Notes under the pieces: model-generated
Told to the model about the DNA's origin: nothing
Database searches by the model: none
Seen by the model: only the letters and a program-made list of their open reading frames with translations
Translations under genes and position numbers: made by a program
Assembly: GCF_001194135.2 (NCBI RefSeq)
Contig: NC_068981.1
Span: 167,671,245 to 167,735,244, forward strand
Source: Octopus bimaculoides
Lineage: Eukaryota
Reading direction: 5' to 3'
Length of the DNA: 64,000 bases
Shown here: positions 1 through 10,407 of the stretch, one piece after another
Layout of the letters: every line of letters starts with the position of its first letter
Numbering within the stretch: the first letter of the stretch is position 1

Positions 1-128
1 GAGACCCACAGAGTAAGTACGAGGCTTAACAAAAAATAAGTACTGGGTTTGATTCATTCGACTTAAAATTCTTCAAGGCAGTGCCCCAGTATGGCCACAA
101 TCTAATGACTAAAACAAGCAAAAGATAA
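1..128 (+). mobile_element. SINE family B, 3' tail fragment (cut by window edge)
   Basis: aagtactgggtttgattcattcgacttaaaattcttcaaggcagtgccccagtatggccacaatctaatgactaaaacaagcaaaagataa matches the tails at 16840-16935 and 27235-27325 and, reversed, 57233-57340. Confidence 0.85.
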
Positions 129-1631
129 GTAATAAGTAACAAGATTATACTGTTCTAAATTCGATCGACTAAGTCCATCCAGTTTGTGGTCTTGCGCAAA
201 GTCATAGAAACCTATACATTATATCATGTAATATTGTATATGGTAAAATAATACAGTACATATCATATAATATACTAAAATATAGTAATACACACACATA
301 CACACATAGACATATATATCCGCATACATATATACGTACCTACATGTATATATATACACGCTCGCGCACGCCCAGCTGCTGTTCGTGTGTGTTAAAGTTA
401 TTCTTAAATCAAGTTATGTATAAAAAGTTTAACATTAAACTAAAGGATAATCCAATATTATTTTGTTGGGTACATATTAATTTTTAGTAGGAATATATAT
501 TTGCAGTGACTTTGAAGTTTTGTATTGTTCGCTATCATCAGGCATATATACGCACACACACAGACACAGACACACACACACATACATACGCATATATATA
601 TACATACATATGCACGCAAACGTATATTAACATACACATACACACACACACATACATACATACAGACAGACAGACATACATACATAATTACATGTAGACA
701 CAAACACGCGCGTATACTCACGCACTAACAAACATACACATTTGTAGCATCATGATTCACACTTGGCCTAGATATGAAGTCAATAGGGCTAATCATACAT
801 TAATGAATATTTTCTAATTATGAGAAGTCAAAGCAATTTATTCTACTGGTCACACTTAACAACAGACAAAGAAGATATTGATTTCTTCTGACCAGGTGAG
901 GAGGAGTTACACAATCAATTGAGCCGTAAGAACAGCACTGAAATCTTTGTTCTCATGCTTTGTATCTGTGAAGAAGCGGTGCCTGTGTAGAATCCAATCA
1001 TATTTCAAGCTAATATGCACACCATAAGAAAGTAAATTTCGAACGCAGTATAACTGAAAAGGGCAGAAAGATTGGGTATGTTACTCTTATAAGGGTAAGA
1101 CGGAATAAAGTTGAATTACCAGCAGGAGATTGGAAGAGTAAAATACCCTACTTTTCTGCGGTTTCACAGCTATACTGTGTTCGAAATTTATTTCTTTGTC
1201 TATAAAATACCAAACACATTCGACGCTTCCAAAGTTTGTTTATAAAATGTTGACACATCATAGCTCGATCACAGCGGTGAGTTGTTCCAACTTTGCTAGT
1301 AGTCAGTCAGTACACAGTGCAATGTCTTGTTCGAATAAATAAATAAATAAATAAATAAATAAATTTAGGGTCAGACGATATTTCAGTCTTGATTAATTTT
1401 TGAGCCTTTACAACTGTACAACATTCATTCTGACACATACAGAAGGATCGTAGCCTCCATCCAAACGAAAGCAATCCGGCTGATTAGCAAAGACACTCAC
1501 ATATCAATGGACTATAAATTGTGACAACAAACATTCATGCATAATATATGTAGAACATATTTAATATGTTCTTTAAACAAATCAGTAGCATACGATTTGA
1601 GGGAGGTTTCGTTGCTATTTTCGTTGCTATT

Positions 1632-1696
<65 letters not shown>

Positions 1697-1746
1697 ATAA
1701 TGTATGTTATAATATGTCTTTTCTACAGTAATTTTCTGCATTTTCA

Positions 1747-1835
1747 TGCAGCTGAAGATTGCTCTTCATATTGCATTTAATGTAATGCTCGCATTACTTA
1801 AATAAATTGGAGTAGCATGAAACGTGCGTACTGCA
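1747..1835 (+). ncRNA. Type I hammerhead ribozyme-like motif with long stem II
   Basis: tgcag (stem I) - CTGAAGA (1752-1758) - 60-nt stem II containing atttaa(t)gtaatgc/gcattacttaaat - GAAA (1819-1822) - ACG-tg-CGT stem III - GTA cleavage triplet (1828-1830) - ctgca (stem I). The stem II closing pair is imperfect (U/U). Confidence 0.6.
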
Positions 1836-1954
1836 ATCACCTTTGAAATCCGTGTTGCTTATTTTTTGATTTTGATCACCTATCCTTTTGGGATACGATA
1901 TTTGGGCGCCTACGCATAAGTACCATATTCAACCTTGAATCTATATCTAAACCG

Positions 1955-1985
<31 letters not shown>

Positions 1986-2022
1986 GATAAAGGAAACGGA
2001 AGATGGATTTAGTACGAATCTT

Positions 2023-2075
<53 letters not shown>

Positions 2076-2116
2076 GAGCATCGAAAATTACCTTAGAAAT
2101 GAGAAATTTCCCCCAA

Positions 2117-2162
2117 GACACCTGATGAAGGCTGGAGGGTATATCAGCCGAAATGTTGTGTT
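2117..2162 (+). ncRNA. Minimal type I hammerhead ribozyme motif (Penelope-LTR type)
   Basis: gacac - CTGATGA - a - GGCTG(gagggtatat)CAGCC - GAAA - tg - TT - gtgtt. Intact core, perfect 5-bp stem II, 5-bp stem I; predicted cut after 2157. Confidence 0.75.
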
Positions 2163-3061
2163 AACAACACACAAGATCAGTACAAATATCCGTCAAATGT
2201 AAATAATGTAAATAATGCAGTTGATTCGTTCGACTAATCCATCCCATACGGTGCCTCAACATGGCTGCAGCTAATTATTGAAACAAGCAAAAGGGAAAAG
2301 ATTAAACATATATATATATATATATATAAAAGAAGCTATAAATAAAATAAGATGAAATAGAATGCAGCTCTATTGGCAGGATGCTAATATCCAACCTATG
2401 TAGATTATTTATATTTATCCGGTGCATTATCAATTCGATCCATCCACCTACATTGGTTCTGCTGATCCTTGGTCAGCATATCTTTATTTGGTCGGTCTTC
2501 GTTCTAGCTATGATCAAACAGCCGCACTCTAGTTGTAGTCATTTATTTCATCTTGCTTTGTTCTTTTTTATATTCAACTATTTTTTCTTCTTTCAGTATT
2601 TTTATTCTATGTTATGTTATGTTGCTAAAGCTAATTAATTTTGTTTTCTTGGCAGATCCTGTTGTGTTTTTGTTAATATGTGTATTGTTGGCAAGAGAAA
2701 AAAGTAAAAAATCATTATTGGAATTTAGACTTTTTCATTTATTATTTTTATTTTATTTTATTTTATTCATTCATTTTGGTGTTTGTGTTCGTATATAAAC
2801 TTAATGTATCAGTTTGCCTAATTTTGATAGTAAAGCCTGTAGAAAACACCCATTGAGGAGGAGAAGGGAGAGAAATCTTATCTCTACAGACAACCTTTAT
2901 TAGCGTCTATTGAGCTTTTCATTTGTTTGTATAAACACATAAACAACTTCCTTGTGTGTACGTATGTATTATGAACGTACGTAATTATGTATGTATGTAT
3001 GCATGCATGTATGTATGTAGGTAGGTAGGTATTATATTCATTCGTATATACATACAGACAA

Positions 3062-3114
<53 letters not shown>

Positions 3115-3164
3115 CACACGATTAGACAGATAAATAGCTAAAAGAAGAAAGATAAACAGAGAAC

Positions 3165-3221
<57 letters not shown>

Positions 3222-3237
3222 CTAAACAGATAGACAA

Positions 3238-3268
<31 letters not shown>

Positions 3269-3469
3269 TAGGCAGATGGGTAGATAGGTACGTGCTAGTA
3301 CATACTAGCGAGAGAGAGAAAAAAATGCTTCATATTAAGAGTAAATTAGTAATGTTATTATCTGTCTGAATATGCTTGAGGCACATTCGGACTGGAGAAC
3401 AAGCTACTCACTGCGTTTTGTCACGGAAAATATATCCTGTTTGTTGACAAATGGTGTGTATATATCTAG

Positions 3470-3572
3470 ATCAGCTCGTAGTGTCACCTAACCAGACCGT
3501 GAGATGCAAGCATTTTCGAGTAGTTATCTCCTATTCTGGAACGGACACCAGCAGGCGGCACTACGAGCTGAT
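3470..3572. other. 20-bp inverted repeat / RNA hairpin
   Basis: atcagctcgtagtgtcacct (3470-3489) pairs with aggcggcactacgagctgat (3553-3572): 14 perfect bp, then one G-U and one mismatch. Inner ccaga/tctgg and gagat/atctc can extend it. Confidence 0.85.
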
Positions 3573-3603
3573 TGAAGAGCCTAATTCTCTTATGCTTTTC
3601 CAG

Positions 3604-3643
3604 TTGCAATACGGCGACTGGCAGCTGTGTGCGGCGGCTCACC
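3604..3643 (+). CDS. Candidate 40-nt internal exon of an unidentified gene
   Basis: Branch-like CTAAT at 3581, pyrimidine tract tctcttatgcttttc, cag acceptor (3601-3603), GC-rich 40 nt open in all three frames (LQYGDWQLCAAAH / CNTATGSCVRRLT / AIRRLAAVCGGS), consensus gtaagt donor at 3644. No homologue recognised. Confidence 0.35.
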
Positions 3644-3681
3644 GTAAGTAAATTGCAGAGGTGGAGCGCTAAGTAGTGATA

Positions 3682-3790
3682 AATGATAAGAGTAAATTGC
3701 TATATAAAATACTGAATGATAAGAGTAAATTAGTATATAAAATATTGAAAAATGATAGGAATAAATTGGTATATAAAATATTGAAAATGG
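3682..3790 (+). repeat. Degenerate minisatellite, about 33-36 bp x3
   Basis: Unit aatgataagagtaaatt(g/a)(c/g)tatataaaata(c/t)tg repeated three times. Confidence 0.8.
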
Positions 3791-4062
3791 AAATTTAACT
3801 GATCTTTACTGTATATATAGATATACATAAAAAATATCCATCCATATATATATAAATAAGTATTTTGTCTGTGGAATATTCATTCACTTAAATTCTAATT
3901 CAATGATCTTCGTAGAGCAGTTGATCGAACAGTTGAAAATTCAGTCGAAAAATTCTGACCTAGATCCATTAATTTCCTTTAGATCATCTTATACAACACA
4001 GGAGAAGGGGAGTTTGAAGTTTCGATGTTGTTCTTTCATTTGAGATTAAGAAGAAACAGGGA

Positions 4063-4101
<39 letters not shown>

Positions 4102-4196
4102 NNNNNNNNNNGAGAGAGAGAGAGAGAGAGAAAAAGAGATAGAGGGGGAGAGGGAGAGAGAGAAGAAAGAGAGAGAAGAGGAGGAGAGAAAAACGA

Positions 4197-4547
4197 ATGT
4201 ATTTCAGGACTGATCCACCATCTATGAGAAAGATAAAGAAGGCGATCAAAGGAAGAGAGAGGAAAGTAAAATGAGTACGACTTGTCGGCGTTGCCCTTTC
4301 ATCTGAGACTGAGTAGGTGAGAAAAAGAGAATGAGAGACTGACAGCTGTTCCAGGGTTGTTTCTTCATCTATGTGTGAGAGAGGGAAATAGAAGGAAACA
4401 GAGAGACGGAGATAAAAAGAGAGGAAGAGAAGGGTGAAATGCATGGGACGTTTCGGAATTGTCCTTACATCATTGTGTGTATGTGTGTGAGAGAAAGAGA
4501 GAGAATGGGAAAGAGAGCTGGACTCTTCAGGGTTGTCCCTTCAACCG
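4197..4547 (-). ncRNA. Array of five degenerate hammerhead-like motifs separated by CT-rich spacers
   Basis: Motifs at about 4197-4224, 4279-4305, 4341-4371, 4447-4473 and 4521-4547. Minus-strand consensus (C/U)(U/A)GAUGA-AGGG-ACAA-CCCU-GAAA-C(AGCU)GUC. No single copy is fully intact. Confidence 0.55.
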
Positions 4548-4876
4548 TAAAAGAGTAAGGCACAGAAGAGAGGGTTGTGAGAGAGAAGTAAAGAAAGAGA
4601 TAGAAAGTATGAGAGAGAGAGAGAAATAGAGAAAGCTTTCTTTTTACAAAGTCTTTGCTACAATAGTTGACACAAGTCACTACCTTAGTATTGTACCATA
4701 ATGTCTCATGGAGAAAAGGAAAATAAAGCAGAGCAAATACATTAAGTTGTAGGTAAATTTTACTGAACAATAAACAAGTCAAAATTGTTTTGTGCTGTTA
4801 CATGTTTTAGTTATTGACTTGCATCGGTCACTCATGGCTCTTTGACTGTAAGTAGGTCACCTCAGAGCGGAGCAGA

Positions 4877-4912
4877 ATCGATAACTTTTGAGGTACAACT
4901 CGTCAGATCGAT
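4877..4912 (-). ncRNA. Degenerate hammerhead-like motif
   Basis: Minus strand atcgat-CTGACGA-gttgtacctc-aaaa-gtt-atcgat: intact core and 6-bp stem I, but G12 is lost and stem II is damaged. Confidence 0.4.
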
Positions 4913-4963
4913 ATATATGTATGTACGTTTGTACGCTCATTCATGTGCTTATGTGTATATATC

Positions 4964-5026
<63 letters not shown>

Positions 5027-5529
5027 GAATGCATACACACACGCATACATTATGTGTACATGTGTGCGTTATTCTATACTACAGACTGTTATAGATTTTT
5101 AACCAACGTTGTATGTAGGAAACAGTTTTAAGTACATTGTCTTTACATACAATATGTTCGCGGACAAATAAACGGCTGCGTGCAACATTGTGGATACAAA
5201 GACAGCAAATTAAGTTTCTGCAGAGAAGCCGTTGCAAATTCAAACCATGGAACTCCGACAAACGGAAGAAACAATCGAATAGTTAGTTCCTTCTTTTTGT
5301 TTCACAACTGATTCACCTACGACCACTTAGAATAACATTTGGCAAACTGATGAATCGCCGACGTTCTTGACTAAGTTATCGCGCACAAGATAATCTCCAA
5401 CTAAGCCAGGACTATTGCATAACTAGTAATAACAACTATACAATGTTGTGTTTAGAGTTATCTTCAATAAGCAGTGACTGATAGAAATAGAAGCGCCTCT
5501 GCTAGTGTAATAACCTTTCAGCGTCAAAG

Positions 5530-6000
5530 ACAATTAAACCATGTCTTTATAAACTTTAAGAAGGTGTTTGATAAAGTTTGGTACGATACTCTATGAAGAA
5601 ATTCAACAAGTGCAGAAGCCGATTCGTATTTTCAATAGCTTTACTCCAGGGTAACCAGTGCAGGACTTACACAAGGTACATTGGAGTGTAAGTCCATACC
5701 ACCGTAGGAGTCTACCAGAGCTGTCTATTTTCTTCTCTCCATTCTCTCCAACATCTATGCGGCGCAGATGACGAGCGATGTCTTTTATGGCCATGTAGAT
5801 CAACACAAAATTAAGATTTACTTATAACCTTGATGGACTGGGAGGAAGGGAAGACGAATTGATTAAATTTGTCAAGCATCTTAATAGAGCCTCCACTGGG
5901 TTTGGGATGGTATCAGTGTCATAATAAGCAAACTCGTAACACACGCCGACAGTTTCATCACTACAGACATCTTTGTGCAAGGAGTTCAAATAGCACTGGG
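5530..6000 (+). mobile_element. RTE-clade LINE reverse transcriptase fragment (decayed)
   Basis: Frameshifted translations HVFINFKKVFDKVWYDTL, HTTVGVYQSCLF and LRFTYNLDGLGGREDEL correspond to RT motifs F.DF.KAFD, GVRQGC.LSP and LRFADD. Confidence 0.75.
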
Positions 6001-6286
6001 AAATTATTAACCGTATCGACTTGTTACAATGCCAGAACGTCAGAAAATAAACCGAATCCCACCACTACCACCACTACTACCACCAGTCAAGCCTTGCTGG
6101 GAGAGTCGCTAGAAATCCGAAAGGATAAATGCAAAGCTTATCAAAATGAATCATGAAACCAACAGAGGTCAACACCGATGACACCATGTTGGTTTCTCAG
6201 AAGGTAAACTGCGGCTGGGTATGTTAGCTTGTAACTGTAATCTGTGTAAACATAACTTTGGTATTATTTATAGAAGCTTTTTATAT

Positions 6287-6486
6287 GGCAGGCTGGTAGT
6301 GTTGGAGGAAAATGCTTTGCGATATTCCTTCCCGCACTTTACATTGTCAGTTCAAATCCCACCACTGTAAACTTTGCTTTTCATCCTACCTGGGTCGATA
6401 AAAAGAAGTACCAGTTAAGTACTGGTATGTACTCAACCGATCCTCTCCCTTTAAAATTACTGGTACTATGTCTATATACCAGAACC
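6287..6486 (+). mobile_element. SINE family A, degenerate copy
   Basis: aatgctt...gttcaaatccc...actttgcttttcatcc...gggtcgataaa...aagtaccagtt matches family A (e.g. 23161-23380). Confidence 0.7.
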
Positions 6487-6943
6487 TTATTTAAACAAAC
6501 TTCTGCTATCAGAAACTTATCAATGGTGTGGACGACAGTTAAGGGAGACCAGAGAAAGTCTGATTAGGTTTTGTATCATTACTTTCATTTGCTAGCGTTT
6601 TGTTATGTCTGGGACGTCAGTGAGGTTATTACACAATTTGAGGGGAAGGAGTGGAGTAACTTGAGCATAAACATACTGTAAGTACATCAAATTCTAATCA
6701 AACTCCAGTGACAGTGAAGGACGTAAAATCCTAGACCGGGTTTTGCATAGGGAGTGGATGAGTACTGCCTGTTTTGTGTAGAAGTGTGGATATCTGTTTT
6801 AGGCATGATTTCTCACTTTACAAAAAGTTTTGTTGATCAATGTACGTCATTCACAACGAGAGGAGTCTTCGATACATACATACATACATACACACATACA
6901 TACATACATACATACATACATACATACATACATACATACATAC

Positions 6944-7345
6944 GGATGTTAAGATAAAGCTGAACTATTGAGATGTTAACATAAAGCTGAAGATCAGCGA
7001 AAAAGAGAATACCTGTGCTGAACTATTGAGAAATCTGCAGTTACTCTATCCAGATTACAAGCTCAGGTTTATACCTGTAATTATTGGGGTTCTGGGATGT
7101 GTAACACACTGCCTAAATACCAATCTTGAGAAATTAGACTTCTCAAAAACAGAAAAGAGAAATCTAATTCGAAGACTACAGATCCAGTCCATCACGGGAA
7201 CTGTAAAAATCTGTAAAACTTTCAATAGCTTTACTCCAGGGTAACCAGTGCAGGACTTACACAAGGTACATTGGAGTGTAAGTCCATACCACCGTTTGAA
7301 TATATAAGATCATGTCTAGATATGCAACTATATGCATGATAATAC
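6944..7345 (+). mobile_element. 5'-truncated R4/Dong-like LINE (RLE endonuclease C-terminus plus 3' UTR) embedded in (TACA)n
   Basis: DVNIKLKISEKENTCAELLRNLQLLYPDYKLRFIPVIIGVLG...IQSITGTVKICKTF is the typical RLE C-terminus; (TACA)n lies on both sides (about 6872-6943 and 7343-7388). Confidence 0.8.
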
Positions 7346-7514
7346 ATACATACATACATACATACATACATACACACATACATACATACAAAAATATCAT
7401 GTTCTTAATGTTGAAATTCCAATGAAGGAGCCATGGATCTAGGTTAGAAACCGGTTCTTTCTCTATTGGCAAATATTAGAAATAAACACAATAATGACAT
7501 ACATACACACACAC

Positions 7515-7594
7515 AATGCGCTGGGGCATTGTCATGCTGTAGGAATTCTCATCTTCCGTTGATCAATGCCGGTAGCGGGCTTTCAAAGCATCAT
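7515..7594 (-). mobile_element. Tc1/mariner DDE fragment
   Basis: Minus strand encodes EFLQHDNAPAH (second catalytic Asp motif); sandwiched between TACA/CA repeats. Confidence 0.5.
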
Positions 7595-7616
7595 ATACAT
7601 ACATACATACATACAT

Positions 7617-7647
<31 letters not shown>

Positions 7648-8149
7648 TACATGCATGCATGCATACATACATACATACATNNNNNNNNNNACATACATAC
7701 ACACACACACACATACATGCATGCATGCATACATACATACATACATACATACATACATACATACACACATGACAAAATTGGGAAATTACTCCACAACGAA
7801 TTTCACATAAAAATATGCAACCATGTTCAAGCGTCCATACTTAAGTTGGTTAGCCGAAAATAATTGGAACCACAACCGCCATTAAAATTCATTTATAGGC
7901 TAAATGAATTTTCGCAAGTTCTCTCCCTTCATATATGTCGTATATTTTTATAGCTACCACTAACATAGTATTTTTTTCTCATTTAGCGATATAATTTGAA
8001 ATGATTTCGGATTGCCACGTGAACTAGGGTAGCGTATTCATATATTATTCATGCGGAAGGCACAGTTGGTAAAAAATTTCCAGTGTCAATATTTGAATTT
8101 ACCTTCTCTTAATACGAAAGAAATTGCCTTCTGTAATCTTGCTCGCCAT

Positions 8150-8560
8150 TATTTGACTATGTTTCACTAATGAGGTGCAACAATAACAAAACATGTTCAG
8201 AGTTAGCACCAAGACTGCCTAAGATCAGAGTTATTATCTTTCTCTCTGAATATCACCATTAAAATTAACTTCATCACTTCTAACTTGTCAGAATAAGTTA
8301 CAATTATCTCCAATTACAATGCAGTTGCTACGGCAGAACTTTGGAGAGTGAATAATCTCTCGCTACGGCAACGTCAACTGGCCTTCACGTTCCCCGGAGT
8401 TGACTAGCCCGGAATTTGGGTCAACAAACTAGAGACCCTGGTGCAACTGAAGGAGAACATCGATAGAGAAGTCAGAGAAGTGGGGTCTGAAACTCTTGAG
8501 GGTGTTATGGTGCATCGAGGGTCGCTGCATTTCTTAACTTGCATTGTTTCAATGCTACAC
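8150..8560 (+). mobile_element. Decayed Tc1/mariner-superfamily transposase C-terminal fragment
   Basis: atgtttcactaatgaggtgcaaca resembles WFQQDGAT; IISRYGNVNWPSRSPELTS resembles WPPRSPDL; VNKLETLVQLKENIDREV resembles the post-catalytic helix. Confidence 0.6.
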
Positions 8561-8907
8561 GTAAATTTCGCCTTGGTGAGCAGTTTTTTTTTTTTTTTTT
8601 TGGTTAGGTGCTTGGCGTTGCTATATATTATTTGTGAGTCTTTTATGAGTGAATTCATTTTGGGGGATTGCTGGAGAATTATTAGGTATTGTTTGGCGGC
8701 TTTCACAATGTTGAAATTCCTTGGGTTGTGACAACAAAATAAAAAGGAAAACCGGTTATACCTTTTGTCGTCACTCACAACCCAAGGCACATACATACCT
8801 ATCAATCTGTCTGTCTATCTATCTATATACTTATATATACACATATCACATATATATCACATATATACATCATATGTATCATATACACACACACACATAC
8901 ACACACA

Positions 8908-10234
8908 TCATGTCATCTCATAAGTTCTGTCCGATTTTACCTTTTTTTAAAATTGAATGAAATTTAACAGTATTTTAGAATGTCTAATGGAATTAAAAAT
9001 TATTTTTATGCATTTGTGCACATTTAAACTAATTAAATACTATTTTACAGAATAATAGAATTAAAATTGCTTTGATTAAAACTCTTTCTAACATGGAAGT
9101 ATCCAAAGAGCATTTGCGGCACATAATGCTTTAGGAGTACAAAAAAGGAAACTCTGCAGCCGAAGCGACTCGAAACATACACTCAGTTTATGGGAAAGAA
9201 TGCTTGAATGAAATAACTTGCAGAAGATGGTTTGAAAAATTCAGATGAAGATGAAGATCGAACAGGACGTCCAGTTGAGTTTGATAAGCTCCTTGAGGCA
9301 TTACTTGAAGAAAATCCTGCATTATCAGTTGAAGAATTGGCAATAAAGCTTAGTTCAAACCATACAACTGTTCATCGTCATCTTCAACAACTTGGAAATG
9401 TTCCTAAACTTGGAAAATGGGTGTCTCATGAATTGTCTGAAAGCAACCGCAAATTCCGAGNNNNNNNNNNNNNNNNNNNNNNNNNNNNNNNNNNNNNNNN
9501 NNNNNNNNNNNNNNNNNNNNNNNNNNNNNNNNNNNNNNNNNNNNNNNNNNNNNNNNNNNNNNNNNNNNNNNNNNNNNNNNNNNNNNNNNNNNNNNNNNNN
9601 NNNNNNNNNNNNNNNNNNNNNNNNNNNNNNNNNNNNNNNNNNNNNNNNNNNNNNNNNNNNNNNNNNNNNNNNNNNNNNNNNNNNNNNNNNNNNNNNNNNN
9701 NNNNNNNNNNNNNNNNNNNNNNNNNNNNNNNNNNNNNNNNNNNNNNNNNNNNNNNNNNNNNNNNNNNNNNNNNNNNNNNNNNNNNNNNNNNNNNNNNNNN
9801 NNNNNNNNNNNNNNNNNNNNNNNNNNNNNNNNNNNNNNNNNNNNNNNNNNNNNNNNNNNNNNNNNNNNNNNNNNNNNNNNNNNNNNNNNNNNNNNNNNNN
9901 NNNNNNNNNNNNNNNNNNNNNNNNNNNNNNNNNNNNNNNNNNNNNNNNNNNNNNNNNNNNNNNNNNNNNNNNNNNNNNNNNNNNNNNNNNNNNNNNNNNN
10001 NNNNNNNNNNNNNNNNNNNNNNNNNNNNNNNNNNNNNNNNNNNNNNNNNNNNNNNNNNNNNNNNNNNAACCCAAAAAGTTTTACATTGACGGGATTAAAA
10101 AGCTTGTAAATAGATGGAAGGAAGTCATAGATAATCAGGGAAAGTACATTGATGATTAAATTTTAATTAAATATAGCATTTGACCACTTGTTTTCTTTAT
10201 TCAAAATTCGGACAGAACTAATGGGATGACCTGA
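8908..10234 (+). mobile_element. Mariner-like element, full length across an assembly gap
   Basis: TIRs tcatgtcatctcataagttctgtccgatttt and aaaattcggacagaactaatgggatgacctga, TA at the right flank, about 1.33 kb including 607 N. Confidence 0.9.
9093..10159 (+). pseudogene. Mariner transposase pseudogene
   Basis: MEVSKEHLRHIML*EYKKGNSAAEATRNIHSVYGKECLNEITCRRWF (stop at 9132-9134, then a frameshift), LGKWVSHELSE (WVPHEL motif), C-terminal FYIDGIKKLVNRWKEVIDNQGKYIDD. Confidence 0.9.
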
Positions 10235-10359
10235 TATATATATATATATATATATATGAATGATATATGTGCGCGCGCGCGCGTGATATATATATCTATA
10301 CACAACACACATATATACACACATGTCTACATGTGTGTGTATGTAGATGTATACTTGGT

Positions 10360-10407
<48 letters not shown>

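Noticed and set aside
2406-2534. Protein-looking frame IIYIYPVHYQFDPSTYIGSADPWSAYLYLVGLRSSYDQTAAL* and an acceptor-like site at 2657
   Set aside because: Weak acceptor, no recognisable family, no supporting neighbouring exon; cannot be supported without RNA-seq.
4197-4547. CRISPR-like repeat-spacer appearance
   Set aside because: Repeats are highly degenerate, spacers are low-complexity and variable, context is eukaryotic and no cas genes are present; better explained as HHR-like motifs.
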